Shown here piece after piece: positions 1 to 8,648 of a stretch of 64,000 bases of DNA. Numbering within the stretch: the first letter of the stretch is position 1; each line of letters opens with the position of its first letter. The DNA comes from Prosthecobacter debontii (GTDB taxonomy: Bacteria > Verrucomicrobiota > Verrucomicrobiia > Verrucomicrobiales > Verrucomicrobiaceae), in NCBI GenBank assembly GCA_945869675.1, contig CAMBPS010000001.1, positions 23,576 through 87,575 of the forward strand. Reading direction: 5' to 3'. A program made the translations under genes and the position numbers. Below the pieces are notes generated by a model that had not been told where the DNA came from, made no database searches, and worked only from the letters and a program-made list of their open reading frames with translations.

Positions 1-3
1 GAG

Positions 4-2217
4 GTGCAAATCCTGGCGGTGAAAGAGCGCATGGAGGCCCTGGTCGCTCTAGATGATCGTCGAGCGGCCATCATCAAGTCGCTTGAGGAGCGCAAGCTCA
101 TGACAGATATTTTGCGGGCCAAGATCGACAAAGCGGAAACAATCACCACGCTTGAAGATATCTTTGCTCCCTTCCGTCCCAAGCGACGCACACGGGCCAC
201 GATCGCCAAAGAAAAAGGCTTGGAACCTTTGGCGGATTTTATCGAGGCAAACCAGCTCAGCGGTGGAGTGAAGCTGGATGAAGAAGCTGCTCCATTTATC
301 AATCCCGATCACGAGACCGAAGAACTGCGAGTGAAGGATGCGAATGAGGCGCTCTCTGGCGCGCGGGACATCATTGCCGAGCGGATCAGTGACAATGCTG
401 AAGCTCGCGCCGCTTTGAGAAAGCTTGTGGCAGATCAGGCGGTCGTCGTCTCGAAAATTATGTTTGGCAAAGAGGCCGAAGCAGATGCGCAGAAATTTCG
501 CGATTATTTTGATTGGAGTGAGCCTTTGAAATCAATCCCATCTCACCGTATGCTGGCCATTCGCCGTGGTGAAAAGGAAGGGTTCTTGCTCATGCGTGTG
601 ACGCCGCCGGAGGACACAGCAATCCAGATTATCAGCTCGCTCTTTGTCAAGGGTGGTAATGGCTGCTCAGATCAGATGAAGCTGGCCTGTGCAGATAGTT
701 ACAAGCGCTTGTTGAGTTCCAGCATGGAGACCGAGGCGCGTCTGGAATCCAAGAAGAAGGCGGATACAGAAGCGGTGCGCGTTTTTGCTGATAATCTACG
801 AGAGCTCCTGCTCGCAGCGCCCCTGGGACAGAAACGCGTGCTGGGCATCGACCCCGGTTTTCGAACAGGTTGCAAGGTGGTGGTGCTAGATGCTCAGGGG
901 CAACTCCTCTTCAATGACGTGATCTATTTGCTGGGGGAAGGCAATAGCCTGATGCAGGCGAAGACGCTGGTCATGAATTTGATCGAGCGTTACAAGATCG
1001 AGGCTATCGCCATCGGCAATGGCACTGCTAGTCGGGAAACGGAAGCCTTTATCAATAAGATAGGTATCCCAAAAGCTATCCTAGTGCTCATGGTCAATGA
1101 GAGTGGGGCCTCTATTTATAGTGCCAGTGAAGTGGCTCGTGAAGAGTTTCCCAATCATGACATTACGGTGCGTGGAGCTGTCTCCATTGGGCGTCGTCTG
1201 ATGGATCCTTTGGCTGAGCTAGTGAAGCTGGATCCAAAGAGCATCGGTGTCGGTCAATACCAGCATGATGTGGACCAGAATCAGCTCAAGAGCAGTCTGG
1301 ATAATGTCGTCATAAGCGCTGTAAACGGCGTTGGCGTAGAGGTCAATACGGCCAGCAAGCAACTGCTGAGCTATGTTTCAGGTCTAAACAGCACTCATGC
1401 GGCGAACATCGTTGCTTTTCGCAACGAGAACGGTCCTTTTAAAGCGCGCAAAGATCTTCTTAAAGTGCCACGTCTGGGCGAAAAGGCTTTCGAGCAGGCT
1501 GCTGGTTTCTTGCGCATTCGTGGAGCTGATCATCCGCTTGATTCCAGTTCGGTGCATCCTGAGCGCTATCCACTGGTAGAGAAGATGGCTTCTGATCTTG
1601 GCTGCACGGTGCCTGATCTCATGCAGAGAGCGGAATTACGTCAGAAACTGGATTTGAAAAAATATGTCAGTCAGGATGTCGGACTGCCGACGCTGCAAGA
1701 TATCATGAACGAGTTGGCGAAGCCTGGCCGCGATCCGCGTAAGCAATTCGAGGTTTTCAATTTTGCCGAAGGCGTCAATGACATGAAGGATCTTACAGTT
1801 GGCATGAAGCTGCCGGGGATCGTCACCAATGTGACCGCCTTTGGAGCCTTTGTGGATATTGGTGTCCATCAAGACGGGCTCGTGCATGTCAGTCAGCTTA
1901 GTGATACCTTTGTCAAAGATGCTGCTGAAGTGGTGAAGGTAGCCCAGAAGGTCATGGTTACAGTGACTGAGGTCGATATCCAGCGGAAGCGCATTGCCCT
2001 CAGCATGAAGGCGAAACCTGACTTTGAGAAAAAGGTAGGCGCAGGCGGTCCGCGTCCATCTGGTGCGCCTTCTGGTGGTCAACCTGGCGGTAATCGCAGC
2101 TTTGGCGGTGGTGGCGGAGATCGCAGTCGCCCCAGCGGTGGCGGTATGGGTAATCCATTTGGTGGCGGCGGTGGGGGCGATTGGTTCACTGCAGCAGCCT
2201 CAAAGGGCAAGAAATAG
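4..2217 (+). CDS. tex: Tex (YhgF) family RNA-binding transcription accessory protein; 5' end lies before the window
   Basis: YqgF/RNase H-like motif GIDPGFRTGCK, IAIGNGTASRET, HhH segment (LLKVPRLGEKAFEQ) and C-terminal S1 domain (GIVTNVTAFGAFVDIGVHQDGLVHVS). The ORF starts mid-protein compared with the usual Tex N-terminus. Confidence 0.95.
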   Translation: MQILAVKERMEALVALDDRRAAIIKSLEERKLMTDILRAKIDKAETITTLEDIFAPFRPKRRTRATIAKEKGLEPLADFIEANQLSGGVKLDEEAAPFINPDHETEELRVKDANEALSGARDIIAERISDNAEARAALRKLVADQAVVVSKIMFGKEAEADAQKFRDYFDWSEPLKSIPSHRMLAIRRGEKEGFLLMRVTPPEDTAIQIISSLFVKGGNGCSDQMKLACADSYKRLLSSSMETEARLESKKKADTEAVRVFADNLRELLLAAPLGQKRVLGIDPGFRTGCKVVVLDAQGQLLFNDVIYLLGEGNSLMQAKTLVMNLIERYKIEAIAIGNGTASRETEAFINKIGIPKAILVLMVNESGASIYSASEVAREEFPNHDITVRGAVSIGRRLMDPLAELVKLDPKSIGVGQYQHDVDQNQLKSSLDNVVISAVNGVGVEVNTASKQLLSYVSGLNSTHAANIVAFRNENGPFKARKDLLKVPRLGEKAFEQAAGFLRIRGADHPLDSSSVHPERYPLVEKMASDLGCTVPDLMQRAELRQKLDLKKYVSQDVGLPTLQDIMNELAKPGRDPRKQFEVFNFAEGVNDMKDLTVGMKLPGIVTNVTAFGAFVDIGVHQDGLVHVSQLSDTFVKDAAEVVKVAQKVMVTVTEVDIQRKRIALSMKAKPDFEKKVGAGGPRPSGAPSGGQPGGNRSFGGGGGDRSRPSGGGMGNPFGGGGGGDWFTAAASKGKK

Positions 2218-2397
2218 CCAATTCTCGAGTCATTTTCAGAAGGCGAATTGGTGGATTTGCCGTGAATACGCCTCTTCCAGGCTAGTTTCAGGCATTGTGG
2301 TTCATTCACAATGAGAGGCTTGAGTTGCTATTTAGGCTGATTAAGAGAGCTAAAAAGTGAGAGCCACCCTTTGCGCGGACAAAAACAGAAATCGTTC

Positions 2398-2425
2398 TTG
2401 CATTCCGGCTCCAAGTTTCTACTCT
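2398..2425 (+). promoter_or_regulatory. Putative sigma70-type promoter of the respiratory cluster
   Basis: TTGCAT (2398-2403), 16 nt, TACTCT (2420-2425), 55 nt upstream of the actE ATG; weak consensus match. Confidence 0.35.
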
Positions 2426-2431
2426 AATTCT

Positions 2432-2453
2432 GCTTGTGAAATTTTTCACAAGC
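2432..2453. promoter_or_regulatory. Perfect palindromic operator, Rex-box / CRP-box-like
   Basis: GCTTGTGAAATTTTTCACAAGC has 10-bp arms. It contains TTGTGAA-N4-TTCACAA (Rex consensus) and TGTGA-N6-TCACA (CRP consensus), 27 nt before the actE ATG. Confidence 0.7.
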
Positions 2454-2480
2454 TCCTGAACGGCCTTCCGCCGACACGCC

Positions 2481-3149
2481 ATGTTGAAATACTTCTTCCT
2501 CAGTTACGTCTTCGTTGCGGCCATCGTAGTGGCCGCTTTCGGCACACGCGGCAGTAAGTCCGAATTGCCGCCTATTGAGATCTTCCAAGACATGGATCAT
2601 CAGGCTAAAATCAAATACCAGGCTCACAGCGACTTTTTTGCCGATGGTCTGGGCGGTCGCCAACTGGTTAAGCATACCGTGCCAATGGGATTCGAAGTGC
2701 CTGCAAAGCCTGTTTCTTCGCCAGATGCAGCGCCTCCAGACTACGGTTTCAGCAACGGGCTTGATTACTACAGCACGGGCAAGCTCGGCGATTTTTATGG
2801 TGACGGGTTGCCAGAGCAAATCGTCGCGGACAAAGCACTCCTCCAACGTGGCGAACGTCAATATGGTATTTACTGTGGCGTCTGCCACGGTGCTTCTGGT
2901 AACGGAAAGGGAGTCACCTCGAAATATGGCATTTTAGCGGCCTTCAATTTCCATCAGACGGGCTCGATGGATCCTGCCAATGCAGGCGCATACCGCGCAG
3001 ACGGAGCGATTTTTGATGTCATCTCGAATGGTAAGGGCCTCATGGGTTCTTATGGTGGTAACCTCACTGTTCGTGACCGCTGGGCCATTGTGGCCTACAT
3101 CCGCGCCCTTCAGGTAGCGGTTAAAGAAGGAAACGTTTCTGTCCAGTAA
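2481..3149 (+). CDS. actE: Alternative complex III monoheme cytochrome c subunit ActE
   Basis: DMDHQAKIKYQ matches the ActE DMxxQxKxxxQ motif; single CGVCH heme motif; distal Met in GLMGSYG; RWAIVAYIRALQ tail; directly followed by actF. Confidence 0.85.
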   Translation: MLKYFFLSYVFVAAIVVAAFGTRGSKSELPPIEIFQDMDHQAKIKYQAHSDFFADGLGGRQLVKHTVPMGFEVPAKPVSSPDAAPPDYGFSNGLDYYSTGKLGDFYGDGLPEQIVADKALLQRGERQYGIYCGVCHGASGNGKGVTSKYGILAAFNFHQTGSMDPANAGAYRADGAIFDVISNGKGLMGSYGGNLTVRDRWAIVAYIRALQVAVKEGNVSVQ

Positions 3150-3167
3150 CACGCTCGCATTTTCGGC

Positions 3168-4469
3168 ATGAGTCACCACGTCACATTCAACGATCTCCCT
3201 CAAGGCGGCGAGAAGTTTGAGCCAGCCAAAGGCAGCAAGCTCATCAATGGTCTTGGGGCCCTAGGCGCTCTCGGGCTTTTGGTTTCGATCTACCTTTTTA
3301 GCACAAATACGGATAGCTTTGCCTACTCGTGGCTTTTTGCTTTCTTTTTCTCATTCACGCTTGTTTGCGGAGGTTGTTTCTGGATTTTGCTGCACAATGC
3401 CTCAAATTCTGGTTGGGGTATTTCTCTTCGTCGTCTTTGGGAGCAACTTGCTAACATGGCGCTGCCGCTGGCCATTCTTGGTATACCTCTTTTGATCCCG
3501 GCCGTTCAAAAGCCTTTGTATGAGTGGATGGGACACCATCGTGATGCGGCTCACCACATGAGCGAGCATGTTTCCACGGTTAAAGAAGCACTACATCATG
3601 CTTCAGAGACCAATCCTCATCTGCACATTCTCGTTCAGAAGTTTGGGTATCTTAATATCACCGCTTGGTATGTTCGCTACTTTGTTTACTTTGGCATCCT
3701 AGCTCTTATTGCTAGCGTTCTGCGCGGAAAATCGGTCAAGCAGGATCTCGATGGAGATATCAAGCATACCATCAAAGCGCGGGCTTTCTGCTGTACTTGG
3801 ATGCTTTTCTTTGCCCTGACGGTGACCTTCGCGGCTGTCGACTGGCTAATGTCTCTGGATTACTCATGGTTCTCAACCATGTGGGGTGTTTACATTTTTG
3901 CTGGCTGTGCTTGGTCCTCCATGGCGTTGACCATTCTTTTGGTGACTTGGCTGCGTGGGATGGGTTACCTGCAAAAAGTGGTTTCTGAGGAGCATTACCA
4001 CATCATGGGCAAGTTCGTTTTGGCCTTTACCATCTTCTGGGCTTACATCGCCTTCAGCCAGTACTTCCTCATCTGGTATGCTAATATCACCGAAGAGACA
4101 CGGTTTTACCTGACTCGAAACACGGAAGGCTGGCGTGATGTTTCTATCTTTATTGTGGTGGGACATTTCATTGCACCCTTTGTGCTTCTCCTATCCCAGC
4201 CGCGCAAGAAAAAGCCAGCTGTGATCAGCGGGATCTGTCTTTGGATTCTTTTCATGCACATCGTCGATATCTATTGGAATGTGATTCCTGAGCGTGGACC
4301 TTCCCTCGGTCAGGGGGTTGTTATTCCTGGTGCATGGGTGGGTGATATCGTCGCTCTTTGCACCTTTGTGGGGCTCTTGGGTTTCCTTTTCCTTCGAAGC
4401 TTGGCACGTTACAGCCTGTATCCTTGCCGCGATCCTCGTCTGCTTGAGTCCGCTAATGTTGTTAACTAA
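3168..4469 (+). CDS. actF: Alternative complex III membrane subunit ActF (NrfD-like paralog)
   Basis: About 10 TM helices; motifs DWLMSLDYSWFSTMWG, FTIFWAYIAFSQYFLIWYANITEET and YWNVIP typical of ActF; follows actE. Confidence 0.88.
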   Translation: MSHHVTFNDLPQGGEKFEPAKGSKLINGLGALGALGLLVSIYLFSTNTDSFAYSWLFAFFFSFTLVCGGCFWILLHNASNSGWGISLRRLWEQLANMALPLAILGIPLLIPAVQKPLYEWMGHHRDAAHHMSEHVSTVKEALHHASETNPHLHILVQKFGYLNITAWYVRYFVYFGILALIASVLRGKSVKQDLDGDIKHTIKARAFCCTWMLFFALTVTFAAVDWLMSLDYSWFSTMWGVYIFAGCAWSSMALTILLVTWLRGMGYLQKVVSEEHYHIMGKFVLAFTIFWAYIAFSQYFLIWYANITEETRFYLTRNTEGWRDVSIFIVVGHFIAPFVLLLSQPRKKKPAVISGICLWILFMHIVDIYWNVIPERGPSLGQGVVIPGAWVGDIVALCTFVGLLGFLFLRSLARYSLYPCRDPRLLESANVVN

Positions 4470-4477
4470 TTGTTGTC

Positions 4478-4855
4478 ATGTCTCCTCCTGCGATTCATTC
4501 TAAATCTGGTTCCAGTTTCTTCTGGGTGCTGGCAGCATTTGCTAGCTTTGCAGTTCTCTTTTTGATCATCCAGACTCTGGCCGCCAAGCCTGGTGCTGAG
4601 GACCCTCGGGCGCCTGAGCGGATCGCTAATTCGGCTGAAATCATGAAAGCCCAATCTGAGATCATCGCTAACATGGGCTTGAATGACGCCACCAAAAAGA
4701 CAGTTATTTTTGACAAAACCTTGGCTGTTCTCAATTCCCGCAAGCCATCTATCAGCACGCAAGTGGTGCCTGGCTCGCCAACTCAAATGAAGCAGGCTGC
4801 GGCACCAGCGACTCCCGCTGCTTCGCCAGCAACGGTAACACCTGCAATCAAATAA
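4478..4855 (+). CDS. Single-pass membrane protein of unknown function (positional ActG-like candidate)
   Basis: One N-terminal hydrophobic helix, a helical soluble part and an Ala/Pro tail; tightly packed between actF and the ccoN-like gene. Confidence 0.65.
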   Translation: MSPPAIHSKSGSSFFWVLAAFASFAVLFLIIQTLAAKPGAEDPRAPERIANSAEIMKAQSEIIANMGLNDATKKTVIFDKTLAVLNSRKPSISTQVVPGSPTQMKQAAAPATPAASPATVTPAIK

Positions 4856-4872
4856 CGGCCGATTTTTTCCAG

Positions 4873-6360
4873 ATGCAGACGACCTCCTCATCCGCAGATA
4901 CAGACGTTCAGGCTGACAATCTTCGCCGCGCGGCGATTGACAAGTCAGTTAAGGGCCCTGTGCTGTTCCTCTTCCTCAACGGCGCTTTTTGGTTGATGGC
5001 TTCCACCATTCTTGGTGTGCTGGCTGCCTTGAAGCTCTTTGCTCCGTCTTTTTTGGGTGACTGCCCTGTTCTTCAATACGGTCGCTTACAGCCAACCCAC
5101 TTAAATGCCCTTGTTTACGGTTGGGGTGTGCAAGCTGGTCTGGGCGTCATGCTTTGGATTATGGCTCGTCGTTCGGGGCAAGAATTGAAGAGCGGTAAAA
5201 GCGTTCTCTATGTCGCTGGTATCTTTTGGAACATAGCGGTGACACTTGGATTACTGAGTATTCTTTTTGGCGGTAGCACGTCCATCGAGTGGTTGGAAAT
5301 GCCAAAGTGGGTCTGGCCGATTATGCTTGCCGCTTTCCTTTGCTTTGCGTGGCCTATGACAACTATGTTTGCCCGTGCTTTTCGTCCCGAAGGTTTCATG
5401 GTTAGCACATGGTACATCTTGGGTGCTTGCTTTTGGTTCCCATGGATCTTCGTTACAGCGAATGTCGCCCTCCATTGCCTTCCTGGATTGGGTGCCTTCG
5501 GTGCAGGTGTTAATGCATGGTATGTTCACGCTGTGATCATGCTGTTTTTTGCTCCTGTGGCTATTGGTTCCGCTTATTACTTTATCCCCAAAATCACTGG
5601 TCAGCCTATTGCAAGTTCACAGCTCGCTCAAATGGGATTCTGGGCGTTGGCCTGCCTCGGTGGATGGACAGGAATGCAACATTACATGGGTGGACCTCTT
5701 CCTGCCTGGATGCCAGCTATTGGTTCTTTAGCTTCCGTTTTATTGCTCGTCCCGGTGGGTGTTGTGGGTCTGAATCATCACCTTACAACTCTGGGGAAGC
5801 ATCATCTCGTTGCCTCTAGTCCAACTCTTCGATTCACCTTTTTGGGAGCACTGTTCTACCCGATTTCTGGAGTGATTCTTGCTCTAATTTCCAATTTCAC
5901 TACAGGGCCGACCCTGCAATTCACCAATGCTTGGTATGGTTTCCAAATTGTGGCTGTTTATGGATTTTTCAGCATGAGTGTTTTTGGTGCCATCTATTAT
6001 ATTGTTCCTCGCTTAACAGGTTGTGAATGGCTATCAGTTCGCTTAATCCGCAACCACTTCTGGTTCTCGACCTATGGTATCGCCACTGTCGTAATCACCA
6101 GCCTTGTGGCAGGTGTGCAGCAGGGTGGGGATTTGAATCATCCTGAAATGTGGGATCAAGATTTCTATCAGTTGGTCATGAATACTCAGCCTTATATCAT
6201 CGCTCGTGCGGTTGCTTGGGGATTGATTACATGGTCCAATATTTGGTTTTTAGTTCATCTCATGCTTATGGTGGCCGGTCTCGGTCGTCGCAGTTCGGCA
6301 CCTACGCTTCTGCACCATGGTCATGATGAATCTTCTCTTCCGCACGGAGCACACGCATGA
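4873..6360 (+). CDS. cbb3-type oxidase subunit I-like (CcoN-like) protein with degenerate active site
   Basis: Colinear with CcoN motifs: YGRLQPTHLN, STSIEWLEMP, WYVHAV, YYFIPK, GPLPAW, SPTLRF, IYYIVPRL, NHFW. HH is replaced by QH and GHVH by GFQI. Confidence 0.85.
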   Translation: MQTTSSSADTDVQADNLRRAAIDKSVKGPVLFLFLNGAFWLMASTILGVLAALKLFAPSFLGDCPVLQYGRLQPTHLNALVYGWGVQAGLGVMLWIMARRSGQELKSGKSVLYVAGIFWNIAVTLGLLSILFGGSTSIEWLEMPKWVWPIMLAAFLCFAWPMTTMFARAFRPEGFMVSTWYILGACFWFPWIFVTANVALHCLPGLGAFGAGVNAWYVHAVIMLFFAPVAIGSAYYFIPKITGQPIASSQLAQMGFWALACLGGWTGMQHYMGGPLPAWMPAIGSLASVLLLVPVGVVGLNHHLTTLGKHHLVASSPTLRFTFLGALFYPISGVILALISNFTTGPTLQFTNAWYGFQIVAVYGFFSMSVFGAIYYIVPRLTGCEWLSVRLIRNHFWFSTYGIATVVITSLVAGVQQGGDLNHPEMWDQDFYQLVMNTQPYIIARAVAWGLITWSNIWFLVHLMLMVAGLGRRSSAPTLLHHGHDESSLPHGAHA

Positions 6361-7025
6361 GCAACTTCCGCACGTTCATTCTCGCACTTACTGCTAGCTT
6401 CGGTTTTCCGTGGCTTTGCCTCATCATCATTCCAGCCATCAAGTATCAGGCTTTGACGCCAGTTGCTTATGATAAAGACAAAGACGGTGTCGAGGGGTTT
6501 TATCCGCCTGCGCCTATCAATCGTCAGGGTCAATTGACCTATGCCCGTGAAGGATGTGCTCAGTGTCACACGCAGATGATACGCCCAACGCAGCTCTCTC
6601 TTGACGGCTGGCACAAAGGATGGGGTCAGGATCAAGAGGCTCGTCCCGCAGCTCCAGTGCGTTCCAATACTCTCCTGGATTATCTTGGTGAGCCATACGC
6701 TTTCTTGGGTGTTCAACGTTTGGGCCCAGATTTAACGAATTACGGCTGGCGCGCTCCATCACGTCAGGAAATGCACGTCATGCTCTATGCTCCACGCCAG
6801 CGTCATGATTGGTCGAATATGCCAGCATTCAAGAATCTCTATGAAGTGCGTCTTGCCCAAGGTCCTAAGTCTGAACTGGCCCTCAAGCTTTCCAAGCCCT
6901 TCGCTCCTGAAGTCGGCTATGAAGTGGTCCCGACTCCAGAAGCTGAGGCTTTGGTTGATTATTTGCTGTCACTTAAGAAAGATAATCCCATTCCAGGCAT
7001 CACTGCTGCCGCTGTAAAGAAGTAA
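6357..7025 (+). CDS. ccoO: cbb3-type oxidase subunit II-like monoheme cytochrome c (CcoO-like)
   Basis: YAREGCAQCHTQMIRP, GVQRLGPDL and SNMPAF match the CcoO signature; N-terminal TM helix; ATGA overlap with the ccoN-like gene. Confidence 0.85.
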   Translation: MSNFRTFILALTASFGFPWLCLIIIPAIKYQALTPVAYDKDKDGVEGFYPPAPINRQGQLTYAREGCAQCHTQMIRPTQLSLDGWHKGWGQDQEARPAAPVRSNTLLDYLGEPYAFLGVQRLGPDLTNYGWRAPSRQEMHVMLYAPRQRHDWSNMPAFKNLYEVRLAQGPKSELALKLSKPFAPEVGYEVVPTPEAEALVDYLLSLKKDNPIPGITAAAVKK

Positions 7026-7037
7026 CGCCCACCATTC

Positions 7038-7760
7038 ATGAGCGCACCCTCCAATAATTTTCAACCCGATAGCACAGATCTAGATCGCCTTCACTCTGCA
7101 GTGACGCGTGAGAAGGAAGACCTCCAGGCTGGTCGTGAACCTGCATCCATGCTTGTCATGTTCCTTGGCATGCTGGTTGCTGTGATTGCCGGTGGACAGT
7201 TCAGCGCTGTGGGAGGCAAGCAAGAATTCGGAACAAGCACAGCTTTCAATTATGAGTCAGGTGCCGATCCTCGTCCCGGTGGAGGCGCTGGTGCTTTAGC
7301 CATGGACCCATTTCAAACCGCCATGAAAAAAGGTGCAGGTGGTTACGCCGTTTGTGGTGGTTGCCATCAGGGGAGTGGTCTAGGACTTCCCGGTCAATTT
7401 CCACCTCTGGCTGGCTCTGAGTGGGTTTTAGGCGGAACTGAGCGTCTGATTCGCGTCGTCCAACACGGTCTAGTTGGTGCGATCACAGTGAAGGGACAAG
7501 GTTACAATACTCCTGGTGGTATGCAGGGTTTTGGAGCTGCCATGTCTGCAGGTGATTTCGCTAATGTGCTGACGTTCATTCGTAATAGTTGGGGCAATGA
7601 AGCTCCGATGATCACCAAGGAAATGGTCGAGAAAGTTCGCTCCACTGAGAAGCGTGGCACTCAATGGACCATGCCTGAACTTGAAACTTTCGCCAAAGTT
7701 AATGTTGAGGGCCTGATTCCCGCTGGACCTGGTGCCACAGCAGCGCCTACTGCTAAGTGA
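7038..7760 (+). CDS. Membrane-anchored monoheme class I cytochrome c
   Basis: One TM helix then YAVCGGCHQGSGLGLPGQFPPLAGSEWV, distal Met in GGMQGF, and VLTFIRNSWGN. Confidence 0.88.
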   Translation: MSAPSNNFQPDSTDLDRLHSAVTREKEDLQAGREPASMLVMFLGMLVAVIAGGQFSAVGGKQEFGTSTAFNYESGADPRPGGGAGALAMDPFQTAMKKGAGGYAVCGGCHQGSGLGLPGQFPPLAGSEWVLGGTERLIRVVQHGLVGAITVKGQGYNTPGGMQGFGAAMSAGDFANVLTFIRNSWGNEAPMITKEMVEKVRSTEKRGTQWTMPELETFAKVNVEGLIPAGPGATAAPTAK

Positions 7761-8581
7761 TTGGAGATATCATGATTTATATGACGCAGTTCATTTCTAG
7801 CAAGGTGCCATTAGTGGCCTTAGCTATGATTGCACTGCACACTATCACTGCCTGCGGAAAAATACCTGAAGCGTCTCGTGCTAATCTATTGCCAGCGATC
7901 AATATTGCTCAAAAATTAAGTCTCCAAGGCAAAGTAATTCTTTCAGGAGGCAAGCCAGCCTCGATGGGGCAGGTGATTGACGTTGGACAAAATCCTCTTT
8001 GCGCAGGCCATAGCGCTCTCACCAATCCAACCTGGAGAGTTTCTGAAGATGGCGGATTGGAGGATGTTGTCATCAGTGTTCGTCAAACGGCGCGATCAAT
8101 TAGCACTGCCAATAGTTCCCCCCTGATCAATCAAAGAAATTGTGAATTCCAGCCATTTATGACTGTAGCGCAGCCGGGTCAGACAGTGCGACTTCAGAAC
8201 AGCGACATGACCTTCCACAACATTCGTATTGTTCAGCATCAATTAGGCACTATCGCCGCAGGTGAAAATCTGGTTAATTTGGCGCAACCTGCTCGTGGTG
8301 ATGAAAATTTGCATAGCTTTGACCAACCGGGAATTTATCGCTTAGAATGTGATGTTCATCGTTGGATGCGAGCATGGGTCTATGTCCATGATGGTGTTCA
8401 TGCCGTGGCAACCTCCAAAGATGGAACGTATGAACTGAATCATGCACTGATTGATGGCGTTTACGAGGTATCAGCGTGGCATCCAATGTTTTCACAGAAG
8501 TTAACCCAAACTGTTGCCATTCGGAATGGACAGGGCAGGGCTGATTTCTCCTTTGATCTTAAAAATTCATTCAATCTTTGA
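7757..8581 (+). CDS. Putative lipoprotein with cupredoxin-like domain and C-terminal beta-sandwich; true start may be a downstream ATG
   Basis: Lipobox-like ITA-C (C33); NQRNCEFQP; His154 (TFHNI) and C198-D-V-H201-R-W-M204. Confidence 0.75.
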   Translation: MIGDIMIYMTQFISSKVPLVALAMIALHTITACGKIPEASRANLLPAINIAQKLSLQGKVILSGGKPASMGQVIDVGQNPLCAGHSALTNPTWRVSEDGGLEDVVISVRQTARSISTANSSPLINQRNCEFQPFMTVAQPGQTVRLQNSDMTFHNIRIVQHQLGTIAAGENLVNLAQPARGDENLHSFDQPGIYRLECDVHRWMRAWVYVHDGVHAVATSKDGTYELNHALIDGVYEVSAWHPMFSQKLTQTVAIRNGQGRADFSFDLKNSFNL

Positions 8582-8648
8582 TCTGCTAAACTTAGACAAT
8601 TCGTAGCCTTTTGGCTTTTACTTTTTTCACCTTTACTTCCCACAAGCT

